Both the position numbers and the translations under genes were made by a program. Shown here in pieces: positions 38,851 through 51,397 of a stretch of 64,000 bases of DNA. The DNA is taken from the NCBI RefSeq assembly GCF_018350175.1, contig NC_058369.1:12402001-12466000 (forward strand). The letters run 5' to 3'. The notes under the pieces were generated by a model that was not told the DNA's origin, searched no databases, and saw only the letters and a program-made list of their open reading frames with translations. Numbering within the stretch: the first letter of the stretch is position 1; every line of letters starts with the position of its first letter. This DNA is from Felis catus. Its lineage: Eukaryota.

Positions 38851-41029
38851 CACTTTACTGCCTTTTTTTTTTTTTTTTTTTTTTTTTTCTCACTGCTCTG
38901 CTAGCTCCAGCGCTCGCTCGCTCTCTGGAAGCCCTGTTAGAAATACTGTTATGAGAAGGGGTGAAAAGGCAGGCTGAGTGGATTATTAGCCGCAGCCTCC
39001 GGAGAAATAAATTTTTTTGTTGTTACAGGAAGACCTAGATTTAAAACAGGAGCGAGGCAGCTGATGAGAACCACACACGCGCCTTGGATCTGTGCTACAC
39101 CTGTGAGTCTTGCATTTGTCATGCTTCTGGGAAGCGTTTTTGCAAAAACGGCTGTTTCTGCACGTGGTTGTGTCTGCTTCCTTCTGCACATGTGAAAAGT
39201 TTTACATCACACTTGCAGGAGAAAATAAACATGGGCAAAAAACTTCTTTTTAATTTACTCACTCTCCCTCCTAGAATGAGGTGCTTTGTGTACATGGTCC
39301 AGGTTGGAAACCAGCCCATTTGGAGATACTCTTTATCTCACTTCAGATAAGCAAAATAAACAAGCTCTCCCTCCAAGCATATTCTGGTCCTGCCTTTCTT
39401 TTAATTTCTAACTCAGATGTACAGTCTCTTATTTATTTTTTTAATCAAGGATCACATAGACATAAGCAATTTGTTTTGCATGGGCCAGGTCATTTAAGAA
39501 AAAATTTGGAAAACACTCAACTTACCTGCCCTTTTTAAAACTAAGAGGCAACATTAAGATGACTGAGTTCTGTAAGGGCACTGACTCCACTCAGTGTCCC
39601 CATTAGAACACTGCCTATTACATATTTTTGAAATAAGTGAATGAACATGTCACCAATACATGACAGCTGTATACACACACCCAGACAGAGGTATTAACTG
39701 TTCAGTTCCATAGATGGGGGACACAGTGGGGCTCCATAAATATTTAACGAAATGTTAAGTATAATACTATATACACATTAGGATGCACCTATTCATGCAG
39801 ATAACTATATATATATATATCTGCATAGTTTTAGTTATATATATATATATATATATAGTTTTATTCCACATTTAACATATATGTAGTAGTAAAATTAAAT
39901 GAGATCGCCACTCAATGGTAGTCTTGAAAACGTTAGCTTCCCTTAGGTCCAAGACAGATACTGCAGTTCACCTAGCAAGACTTTCTGCTTCAAGGAAGAG
40001 ACACTTGAAATGGCTCCTATCAGTTACACAAAGGCAGGGCTCAGGGTAAATCCCCTTTGCTGTAATGGTTCTTCTTCAGCAATGTGTCCTTTAAATTAGG
40101 TTCAGAGGACACCCACCCCACTGTCCTGAGAAGACAAGATATTTTGTGCTTGTAATGCCCCTGAAAAGGCTGCCTTACCTCCTAGTGAGGTGGCTCCCCA
40201 AAGGGCAAGAGGCTCCGAGCCCATGACTTGCCCTTGCCATGGGAAGTGGCAGGAAGGTAGTTTTAGGAGCCTGAGCGTAGAGCGTCCTCAGCCAAGCTCG
40301 GAGGTAAAGGGAGTGGGCTCGTTTCACTGTAGGCCCAAGCCGCATAAGCAAGGGCATCACAGAAGGGAGCTGCGAGCAAGCCGGTTCGCACAACTACTTA
40401 GGACCAATCTTCCACAGCAACACCACATGGTGGCAAGTAATAACAGTAGGGGCTCGCCCAGCGGACTCATTTCTGAAGTGAAAGGAGGCTGTACCCCCTT
40501 TAGACACCTACACCCCTGGGAGCTGTGCAATTTAAAGTTATTGGACTTACCCCAATAAGGTTATGTGAGGCCTTCGATGAATAATAGGAAAAATGTGAGT
40601 AAACCACCACCCTACTCGGACCCCTTTGTTCGCTCTGAATTTAACATCTGGTGGGAATTTTTAAAAAACGCTGTCCTCTGTTAGCTCCTTCAGCCCTATC
40701 AGTGATCTCGGAGATGGGCTTCAGAGTTCTGCTTGGCTTTGCGGCAAGTCCTGCTTATTCTAAAAGCGAAACCGATTTCAATTGGTTTTGAATAGTCCCC
40801 TGAAAGGTCACTGCTCTTAGCAAGGGCTTCAAAGACAGACAAGAGAACACAAATAATTTCACTGTGGGTCCAAGTAGGGGGATGCAGGCACAGAGCCTGC
40901 TCTGGAGGATCTAGTTTTGAAGCCAAGCGCAGGAAACAGGTTGGGGGCCCAGTAATACAACACCATAATTGTATGGTCTGAGCAGAGCAGCAGGTGCACC
41001 AGGGAGGGCAGAGCCACTGCGGATAGGAA

Positions 41030-41630
41030 CACTATGAAAGATGTTGGACAGCAATTCCAAATGTTCATACCCTTTGACCCAGTATTTCACAACTTCCGAA
41101 ATGTGTCCAAAGAAAGCAATCAGATGTAGACAAACGTGTACATATGGGGAAGTAGACGGCAGCATCGTGTGTACGGGTAAACAATTAGAAGCAACCCAAG
41201 TGTTCAGTAAAAGCAAAGTATGTAAACAAATTAGGGGTCGATTCGTGCAATTGGGAAGGTTACGGACAGAAAGGGACCACAAGATTCTCTAACTCCACCT
41301 GGGTAGTGGTCTTGTTTTATGGTATACGCAACGTGTAGAAATTCACCACGCTGTACACGACACTTTCAAAATAGATAAATAAAAAGATACATAGACCGAT
41401 GACAGATAATCTAGGCACTGAAATCAGTGCTGAACAACATGGGATGCTCCCGATTTCATATTAAATGTTAAAATGCAATATATGAACTATATATCTTGCG
41501 ATCATCATTTTGGTTTTATAAAAACATGTATACTTCTTGGACATGATGCACAGAAAAAATACTGGAACGAAAGAAGCCAAAATATTTACAGCCGTTATCT
41601 CTGACAGGCAGAATGCCAGGTGATTTTTCT
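41030..41630 (+). mobile_element. Old L1 3' fragment
   Basis: ttcataccctttgacccagtatttcac...aaacaattagaagcaacccaagtg motifs. Confidence 0.6.
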
Positions 41631-42738
41631 TATGACATTTGTGCCCGAAGTTCCCCATTTTCTAGAATGAAGATGTGGTGTGTCCTCGTCCTCTCATCCA
41701 GTGCTGGGGTTATTCTGACCTCTAGTAGCCTCCAGCCATCATCTTCTGACTCGGACACAGCTAATCAGAAGCGTGCCCGTAATCTCCCAAATCCTGAACG
41801 TGGATTTGCCATCAGGCCTCCTGACGGATGTCCATCTAAATCCTAACAGTGTGCATTTTGCCCACTGCCCCAGTTTTGAATTCTTCTTAGTAATAAAGAG
41901 AATGACATTTGTTGAGTCCCTGCTACATGTCAGGTTCCACACTGAGGGCTTTACATGAGGACCCAGATGAACCCCTCCAGACAATCAGGCCCCTGTGTCA
42001 GTTCCCCCTCTTGACGCTTGATGGCAGTGGGGGGAGGGGTGCTACAATTTGCTCTAGAGAATGCAGTGGAACCATGCTCTGCCCGGTGTAGGTTAAAGCT
42101 TTAAGAAGGCCTGGCAGTTACCACCCAACCCAGCAAATCCACTCCTATCAATCTCCCCAAGAACACTGAAAACCTACACTCACAGACTTGTACAGGTAGA
42201 CGTCCACAGCAGGACTATTAACAGGTACAAGGTACAAACACCAAATGTCCACCAGCTGGTGAACAGATAAATGAGATGTATATCCACACACTGGAATATT
42301 ATTCAGCCATGAAAAGGAAACTAAGAGAGAGGCGGCATCCACCTGTGCAGTCCTGGGGGCATAGAGCTGCCATGTCACAATCTAGTGGCTGTGCTAAAAG
42401 GCACTTTGGCAAGAGCCAGTGACCCAAGGCCTCTGCGAAGGAGAACAAGGTTCCCGGTGACAGAGAACACCAAGCCCCATATGCCTAACCCCAACAGGCT
42501 GGGACAACTCAGGTGAGGTGCCAGGCAAGTGAGTTGAGAACCTCTTGGGGCTCAGAGCTGGCTCCACTGCGCCCCAGCCAATTTCCTGCCCAAAGAACTG
42601 TGACTCCTAATAGTAGAGGTTTTTAAGCCACTTAGTACTGGGGTCATTTGTTACTCAGCACTAGCTAAGAGAGACAGGGTTGCTAATGTAACCTCAAGGG
42701 ACACATGAGGAAGATCCGGAGCTTAAACAGAGAGGAGA

Positions 42739-42958
42739 GGGGCGCCTGGGTGGCTCAGTCGGTTGAGTGTCCGGCTTCAGCTCAGGTCGCGATCCCACGG
42801 TTCGTGGGTTCAAGCCCGTCACTGGGCTCTGTGCTGACAGGTCAGAGCCTGGAGCCTGTTTCGGATTCTGGGTCTCCCTCTCTGCCCCTCCCCCACTTGC
42901 GCTCTGTGTGTGTCTCTCTCTCTCTTTCTCAAAAATAGATAAACGTTAGGAAAAAAAT
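42739..42958 (+). mobile_element. Can-SINE
   Basis: ggggcgcctgggtggctcagtcgg head; TSD-like aaaYagRgaggaga. Confidence 0.92.
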
Positions 42959-43543
42959 TAAATAGGGAGGAGACTCACACACAGCCACATCACCAACAGT
43001 GCAGCTGGGATTCCAGACGGAATCTTGCTGATGCGGAACCATGCTCTCCGGCCCTCATTGCTACTTAACTCCTCGGCCCCTCCCGCCTGGTGTTGGTCTT
43101 TGGCCGTGTGTCTCCTGTGTTTCTGTCCTCTCCTGAACCCGTGCCCTGTCTCATTCTTCTCGCCTGCTGACAGCTCTCTCCTCTGACCTGCTGCACACAC
43201 ACGTCCAGGCAGCTTATTTTCTTTTAAGCTTGAATTACCTTCTTTATTACGCCGACCTTCAGCCAAGTACCGGGTAACAAATAATCACACATAAAAACAA
43301 CACAGTGCACATAGGCTTAACACATACACTCAGGCATGAAGAAAATAAAGGATCAATCTGCCTCTCTGTTGATTCCACTTTTCCACCACTGCCCATGCTT
43401 TTTTCTAGTAGCTGCAGGAACACTCCTACGGATCCCTGTCATTCACCTTTAATTCTTTGGAAGGCAGACCAGGTAAGTACGCTTGTGAAACTGTAAAACT
43501 GACCTTGTCTGCTTTTGGCTTACGGTCATAAAATTATTCTCGC

Positions 43544-43758
43544 CTTTTTTTTAATTAAAAAAATTTAATGTTTATATTTGAGAGAGAAAGAGGGCGCACG
43601 CGAGCAGGGGAAGGGCAAAGAGAGACGGAGACAGAATCTGAGGCAGGCTACAGGTTCCGAGCTGTCAGCACAGAGCCTGACATGGGGCTCGAACCCACGA
43701 ACCACGAGATCATGACCTGAGCTGAAGTCGTCCCTTGTCTGAGCCACCCAGGCACCCC
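43544..43758 (-). mobile_element. Can-SINE
   Basis: Consensus body, inverted relative to the 42739 copy. Confidence 0.9.
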
Positions 43759-46127
43759 TTGCCTTTTCTTTTTTTTTAAAAAGACCTCCAAAAACTTGCC
43801 AAAATTGTGTTTCTGAAATGTTCAAATAATCTCATCGCTTGGCCAGGTGGTCTAAATCACTTGTTAGATTAGAGGCTATTATGTATTACATATGCATACA
43901 TATGTAAATATTATACGTGCAAAATATAGAGAATATATTATGGTTTCATATTCTCTCAGTTACTCTGGTGAGGCAACGAAATAAGATCAGTAACTGGTCT
44001 AATGCTCTAGTGAATGATTTTGATAAACATTTTCTTTAAGCATCTCCAGAAATAAGATCAGATCACCCTTTCTACCTCAGTAAAGGAATTGCAGGATAAA
44101 GTCAATTTATTGTAGCTTTTTCTGTTCCAGGTGGTTCTTGCCGACAGACAGTTTGGATCTTCTTGCCCCCTGCTCTAAAAACTCAGGGACCTCGGCTCAA
44201 GTAAACCCTTGGCCTTGTGAGCCACGCCCTCTCACCGGCAAACGCATCACATGCTACAATGTGGCACACATAAACGACCCATCTTCCCGACCAGCCTTAT
44301 TCCTCACCGTCCCTAAGTGGGTTTTCTCCACTCCTGCACACTGGTCACCTAGCTATCCAACCAGGTGGCCTGGCCCTTGCTTCTCAGAGGAGTGACCTGG
44401 CTAAAGTCACATGACTGGATTTTAGACAGGATTACGACTGCAGCCCAAAGCTCAGGGGTCCCAGACTGGCAGAGAAACGCATGAACCAAATCAGCTGCAA
44501 GCCACTTCCCCAAGGAGCAGACAAGGGCCAAGGGACTGATGTCAGAAAGCAACCAGGAGCAGACAGAAGCCACAGTCAAAGGCCCAAACTGGCCAATGGA
44601 ATGTCTCAGAAACAAAGGCACAGTGTTGTGCCTCAACCCAGAAAGCAATGTGATGCTCTAGAAAACACGCCCTACAAATACTGCAGGCTATATATACAGA
44701 GAGGAGTGTCAAGTCCTGACGAGACCGGGTCCTGAGCCATCGCTGTCACAGACGGAGAAACTGAGGCACAAACAGGACCAATGACCTCTCCCCAACATCA
44801 CTGGCACGTGAGGGACAAGGGAACGACTCGGAGCGTAGGCCCACGATCCCCTCCCCGCCGTTCCCAAACCCCACAGCTCGAAAAGCCCAAAGAATTTCTT
44901 TAAGTTTGCGCCAGGCCCGTGTGGTTGACAAAGGCTGTCTGAGGCCGTTCCACCTTTGTCTGTCCAGCTCTGTGTGAATGTTACGAAGTCTGGCTACAGA
45001 AGTGTTACTTTTTGATGAGGGAGCGCGGCCAGCCCAGATACCTCGGGGTATCGTGTCACGTATAGGACACGCTGCTGGAAAGTGCAAGTTCTGAATCCGG
45101 AGTTGGCTCGGGTGCCCCGGGCCTCCGGACACGTCTTACGGGTAAGGGTGGCCTGAGATCCACGTCAGCGAGCAGGTGGAATGAGCCCAAATAAAGGTGT
45201 TTGGGGGCGGGCGGGGGGTGGGGGGAGCAGTGCAGCAGCACAGGAGAAGGGCCAGGGGACGAGGCTTCACGTCAGCTCTGCTGAGGACACCGGGAGACCT
45301 TGGGCAAGTCATTTCCCTGGATAGGCCTTCAATTTCCTCATCGGGAAAAACGGGATGACGGCGATCCTTTGGACACCCCTCGTTGTGCCAAAGCATTGCG
45401 GTGATGCCTAAGAAGGCCTGGCGGCAGGGCTCTGAACTTCTTCTGTTCATGCAGTAAGAGATACGGAGCAGCTTAGGAAAGAACCCCACCCCCGCCTCTG
45501 ACACACCAACCACACCACGGACACCGCGTGCCAGGTCCGCTACATGCACATCTCACACAACGTCACACCACAGAAAATTTGGACGCAAAGGGGTAAAACC
45601 AGGGGACCATCTGTGCCCCAGCTGCGCCGCTCCCCCCTCCCCAATGGCCGGGGCTCCCTCCCTGCATCATTCTGGCAACTACATGGTTCATTTGTCTTAA
45701 AGTGAATCTTTCAGAACTGGATTATTGCACCTAACCGCTTGCATGCGATTCCCTTACCTCACTTAGTACTAAGTTTCACAAGGAGACTTCTGGAGGCATG
45801 AGCAAGCAGATGTCCTATTTGAAAAGGGTCTGACCAACAGCCCAGGTAACTGGGCCTGCCTCTTACCCTAAGAACGCCCGGAGCTTGCCTAATTCTCAGG
45901 CTCACGGAAGAGAAGTACAGAAAGGACAAAAGTTCCATCAGCCCCATTTGTGCCTTTTTCCTTTTTAGCCTCGAAACGTGGTGGTGGCTTTCCTCACACT
46001 TCCTAGATGCTCTGATGTTTACATCTTTGTGAGTTTTTTCTTCGTTCCGGATTACAAGAGTAACAGATCTTTGGTACAGACAGTCAAGTACAGCAAAATA
46101 TAAAATAAGATTTAAAAATCACGGCCT

Positions 46128-46508
46128 GGGGCCCCTGGATGGCTCAGTGGGTTAAGCATCCACCTTTGGCTCAGGTCATGATCTCATGGTTCGTGAGTTC
46201 GAGCCCCATGTCAGGCTCTGTGCTAACAGCTTGGAGACTGGAGCTTGCTTTGGATTCCCCATCTCTCTGCCCCTTCCCCACTCGTACTCTCTCTCTCTCT
46301 CTCTCAAAAATAAACATTAAAAAACTAAATTAGAAAAAATAAAAACCACAGCCTGGGGCACCTGGGTGGCTCAGTGGGTTAAGCGTCCGACTTCAGCTCA
46401 GGTCATGATCTCACGGCATGGGTTTGAGCCCTGCATTGGGCTATCTACTGTCAGCAAAAACCCCCTTCCAATCCTCTGTCTCCCTCTCTCGGCCCCTCCC
46501 CCACTCGT

Positions 46509-46543
<35 letters not shown>

Positions 46544-46580
46544 ACAAATAAGTCAACTTAAAAAAAAAGTGTTAAAAAAA
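46128..46580 (+). mobile_element. Two tandem Can-SINEs (46128-46339, 46355-46580)
   Basis: Two complete heads and tails, with three copies of the target sequence taaaaaYcacNgcct. Confidence 0.92.
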
Positions 46581-46807
46581 TAAAAACCACTGCCTGACGG
46601 GTACATGTGAAATCAAGCACTAGTCTCCCTTTTTGTGTGTTTATAATTTTCCAGAAGAAAGTTAAAGACGAAAAAAGAAGTCACACAGCCAGGCCTGTTT
46701 GTATGTGTGCTGTCTCTGGCTGTTTTCACACTGCAAAGGCTGGGTTGCACAGTTGAGAAAGAGACTGTGTAGTCCGGCAAAGCCAAAAGTATTTACTGTC
46801 TGGCCCA

Positions 46808-47270
46808 GTGTTAGGCCTGATAACATCACCCCACCCCCAACGAGATCCTGGCCATAATACAGTACTTGGAACCTGTAAACAAATTGTGATACATGGTAAG
46901 AGAGAATTAAGGTTGCAGATGGAAGTAAGGGTGCTAATCGGCTGACCTTAAGATAAGGAGATTATTCTGGATAATCCCAGTGGGGGGGTGGGCAACGTAA
47001 TCACAAGCGTCCTTAAATGGGGAAGAAAAAAGCAGAATCAGAGGAAGATGGCATCTTGACAAAGACCAGAGCAGACACTGCTGGCTTGGAAGGTGGAGGG
47101 AGGACGGGGCCACGGACCAAGAAGGTGGACAACTTCTAGAAGCTACGGGCAAGGCAAGGAAACAGATTCTCCTCGAGAGCCGCCAGAAGAACCCAGCTCT
47201 GCCAACACCTTGATTCTGGCCCAGCGAGACCCATTTTGGGCTTCTGACCTCCAGGGCTGTAAGACCACAC
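46808..47270 (+). mobile_element. MLT1-type MaLR LTR
   Basis: aattaaggttgcagatgg...gctgaccttaagataaggagattattctggat...aacagattctcctcgagagcc...gccaacaccttgatt motifs. Confidence 0.8.
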
Positions 47271-47472
47271 AAAGGGCAACTCCTACAAGGCCCCGGATGA
47301 AGGAAGCTTACCACTCTCTCTTTTAGACGCGGCTGCCCCATTCGAGGTTTCTGCAAAGAAACACACTTGAAATGTAGCTACTCGTTTGACTCAGCAGTCG
47401 GGTTTTTAATTTTAGTTCATTTGAGATGGACACCGAAATAGCCACGTGTGGCTAGTGGCTACCGCACAGCAT

Positions 47473-47650
47473 CACTGCCTCAAAGCGTGGTCCGGGGACC
47501 AGCGGTACGGGCATCACCTGGGAGGTGGGTGAAATGAGGAACCTCCGCCCGTGCACACCCCCCCCCCACCCCTCCCACCCCGTCTGCTATGCCAAATGCA
47601 CACTTTGCCAAGACCCCTAGGGGATTCATGGGACATCAAAGTCTGAGATG
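47473..47650. mobile_element. MER5A-like fragment
   Basis: ctcaaagcgtggtccggggaccagcg...gcatcacctgggag motif. Confidence 0.65.
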
Positions 47651-47861
47651 CTGAGGTCAAAGCTATCATCCCACTCACGTGCAAATACTTCACTACGGAA
47701 CATCAGGAAACAAAGTCCGTCTGCACCAGTTGTTAGGGTCGGCTTTCCCGGACCACGGGGAGTTCTCTGAAGTTTTTAATGCCTCGAAGCACACTATTAG
47801 CCAAACACATGGACTTCACTGCTCCTGAACCTCTACTACAGGGCAGACCCTTGACCATCTA

Positions 47862-48210
47862 TTGTGGACTGAGCTCTACCCTCTCAAAATTCACGTGAAA
47901 GCTTTAACTCCCAAAGTGAGGGTTAACCCTACCTGTGGGGATAAGGCCTTGAGAGGGGTAACTCAGGTTAACTGAGGTCATAAGGGTGGGCCCCTGATCC
48001 AGTATGGCTGGTGTCCGTGTCAGAAGAGAGATGCACATGCGTGTGCACAGAAGACAGGCCGTGTGAGCATACTGCAAGAAGGCCACCATTTGCAAGCCAA
48101 GGGGAAAGATCTCACCAGGAGCCAACCATGCTGGCACCTTGACCTGAGACTCCCAGCCGCCGGAACCATCGGTTGTTTAAGCCGCCCGGTCTGTGACTAC
48201 AATACTATCT
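47862..48210 (+). mobile_element. MLT1A-type MaLR LTR
   Basis: tggactga...caaaattcacgtgaa...gggtgggcccctgatccagtatggctggtgtcc...tgctggcaccttga motifs. Confidence 0.8.
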
Positions 48211-48240
48211 CATAAGCTTCACAAAACCCCATCAAGGTCT

Positions 48241-48700
48241 TTAAAAAATTTTGTTTTTTAAATTTCTTATTTTGGGAGACAGAGAGCAACAGAGTGGGAG
48301 GGCGGGGGGAGGCGCAGAGAGAGAGGGAGACACAGAATCCGAAGCAGGGCTCCAGCCTCTGAGCTGTCAGCCCAAAGCTCAACGCAAGGCTTGAACCCAC
48401 CGACCGCAAGATCACGACCTGGGCCAAAGTCGGACACTCAACCAACTGAGCCACCCAGGCGGCCTGAGATCTTTTCATAGAACTAATGACAGGGGCGCCT
48501 GGGTGGCTCAGTTGGTTGAGTGTCCAACTCTCGATTTTGGCTCAGGTCACGATCCCAGGGTCGTGGGATCGAGCCCCACGTCGGGCTCTGCACTGATAAG
48601 CGTGGAGCCTGCTTGGGATTCTCTCCCCCCCACCCCCGCCCCTCTCACCTGCTCATGCTCGATCTCTAAAATTAAAAATTTTAAAAAGGTTTAAAAAAAA
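48241..48700. mobile_element. Head-to-head Can-SINE pair (48241-48464 minus; 48492-48700 plus)
   Basis: Two consensus bodies in opposite orientation, 27 bp apart. Confidence 0.9.
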
Positions 48701-49135
48701 GTAATGACAGCAACGAAAATAACACCGCTTACTGAGTGCCTGCTGCACATGAGGCACGTTATAGGTATGTGCCATGGCTCTCTCCCTCACTGTCCCCATA
48801 TCACAGATGAGGACATGGGGGTACAAAGATGCCAATGCACTGCCCCCCATCACACTCTGTAAGGGACAGAGCCTGGGTCTGGCCCAGACCTCCATCTTGC
48901 TTTCTAACGTAACCATCTTTTCCACTCTTTCCCCTGATTCACAGTAAACTCTAATTAAATGCACTAAAGCTTTATTCCCCTTAAAATAACTTCTACAACT
49001 CCCCCAGCATACTCCACACTCTGTGGCCCACATTTACCACAAACGGCCACAACGATTAACGTGAACCAAACACAGGCCAACAGGAACCACCCATAAGATG
49101 TCTTAAAAAAAAAAAAAAAAAAAAAGTACTGTCTA

Positions 49136-49333
49136 GGGGCACCTGTGTGGTTCAGCCGGTTAAGCATCTGACTCTTGATTTTGGCTCAGGTCATGATCTC
49201 ACGGTTCATGAGTTCGAGCCTATTGGTCTCTCTGCTGACAGTGAGGAACCTGCTTAGGATTCTCTCTCTCCCACTCTCTCTCTGCCCGTCCCTCCTTTTC
49301 TCTCTCACAAACCAAATAAACAAACATTAAAAA
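49136..49333 (+). mobile_element. Can-SINE
   Basis: Consensus head and tail. Confidence 0.88.
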
Positions 49334-49351
49334 TACATACACCGTCTAGTC

Positions 49352-49645
49352 TAGGGAGTCAGCAAACCTTTCTGTAGACTCAGACAGTAAATATATTCAG
49401 TGTTACGGGCCAGATGGTCTCTGTCACAAGGACTCATTGTCCCAAAAGCAGCCACTGATGATACATAAATGAATGGGCGTGGCAGTGTTTCAATAAAACT
49501 TTATTTATGGACAAAGAACGCACAATTTCCTTTCATTTTCTTCTCGATCCTTGACTGACCATTAAAAAATGTAAAAACCATTCCGTCTGGCGGGCCATGC
49601 AGTCAGGGGGTGAGCCAGATGTGGGCGGCAGTCTGTTGACCCCCA
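49352..49645 (-). mobile_element. MER58-like MITE
   Basis: gtcagcaaacctttctgta...caataaaactttatttatggac...ttgacccc motifs. Confidence 0.75.
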
Positions 49646-49951
49646 GTCTCATCCAAATCAACCCACAGGTCACACAGAAAACTACAGAGACAGACACGGA
49701 AGTGGTTCTTGCCATTTTCCAATCGAAAAAGGTGGACTTTGAATTTCTCACTGGTTCTAGACCCCTTTCGCCCAATTTCTCATGAGGAATGCTCACTATT
49801 ACCAAACTCTCATTTCTAGCAACTCTCGAGTACTAGAGAGGGGCTCGAAGAGAGTCAAGCGCTTTTCTCTGTGGAATAATGCAAATCAAGGGAATAATGA
49901 AAACAAGCCCCTGAGTAGAATTTACATCTTTCTTTAACAAAATAACATGCT

Positions 49952-50186
49952 GGGGCGTGTGGGTGACCCAGTCGGTTAAGCGCCCGACTTCGGTCAGGTC
50001 ACGATGTCACAGTTCGGTTCCTGAGTTCGGGCACTGAGCCAGGCTCTCTGCTGACAGCTCAGAGCCTGAAGCCTGCTTCAGAGTCTGTCTCTTTCTCTCT
50101 CTCTCTGTCTCTCTGCACCTCCCCCTGTGCGCACTCTCTCCTGCTCTGTGTCCCCAAAGTAAGCACACGTTAAAAAACAATTTTGA
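49952..50186 (+). mobile_element. Can-SINE
   Basis: Consensus body; TSD aaataMcatgc. Confidence 0.88.
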
Positions 50187-51397
50187 AATACCATGCCTTC
50201 TGCTCTATACGCAAACAGCACACGTCTTTCATCAACACGGGAAAACATCGGGAGGTTTGTCAAATATTTCATAAACACAAATTTGGTTAAGAAGGAGATA
50301 ATGAAATGGTTGAAATGAAACGAAAATGCCTCACTAATGACAGCCTCGCTGGCTTTTCAAATCTAACCACTTCAGAGGAGAGCCGATCTCATTATCCCGT
50401 TGCACGGCTGCACGGAAAGAGCTCCCGCTCGGGAGAATTCACAGGGAGCCCAGGAGCCATCTCTCCCCCAACTATCAAGAGGAATAACATTCCATTTTGG
50501 TCTATTAAGCACAGCTCTTGAAAATGGCTGGCTCGATTTTCAGCACATTCGAAAAACATGTTTGCAAACGTGTTTATGAAAACCGAGACCACGAGGTGTG
50601 CGGATGACTCCACCCGAGGGCCGTGGGGGCGGGGGTGGGGAAGGGGAAGGGCACCTTGAGATTCTCTATCATCCCCTAGCTCCAGGGTCAGCAAATGTGG
50701 CACGTGAAGGGGCCAGAAAGACAGGATTTCCAGGTCTGCGGGGCAGATGGTCTCCGTCACATCTAGGGCGGTGGCTGGGTGAAAATAAAACTTTATTTAC
50801 AAAAAACAGGTGGCCAGCCAGGCTCTGCCTGGGAACCACAGCTCCTGACCTCTGCTCTAGAACAGCGGGACCTGAAGTGCAAGAGAAACCCACCAAACGA
50901 GGGACACGTTCCACTTCTCCGAGATGGAGGGGATGGAAGAAGGAGCAGAAGGGGGTTTCCAACATGCACCTCAAAGGGCAGGTGCTGCAAACGGTGGCCT
51001 TGTTTTCAATCTCAACGTGCAGCTCCTCACCTTGGCCGTGACTCCATGCAACATGCTCCAGGGCAAGCAGTAGTGGGCCTTTATTACTTCGGTGGTGGTT
51101 AAGGTCCTTAACCCTCAGGATCAGGGTAGACAGCCAACCGGTGTGATGTCAACCACAGTAGCTTTCACAAAGAAACAGTTACCTGGGTGGCGCCTGAAAA
51201 CCTCGTCCTTATGAACAGGTTAAGCAAACTGAAGCAGCCGGAGATCACTCCCGGCCAAAGCTGATGGGGATCTAGAACCCAGTTCTTGTACATAGGAACA
51301 TACGCTATGCTCAGTATGAACAAATGAACAAAGACACAAATTATCCAAGATTCGTTTTTCTTTGGAGTTCTCAGCTCAAAGCTGTCAAGATGATCTC

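Noticed and set aside
45013..45094. TGATGA...CTGA (C/D snoRNA-like) or TGATGA...GAAA (hammerhead-like) motif
   Set aside because: No terminal stem and no sense host intron for a snoRNA. The hammerhead core lacks the initial C and a closing stem II.
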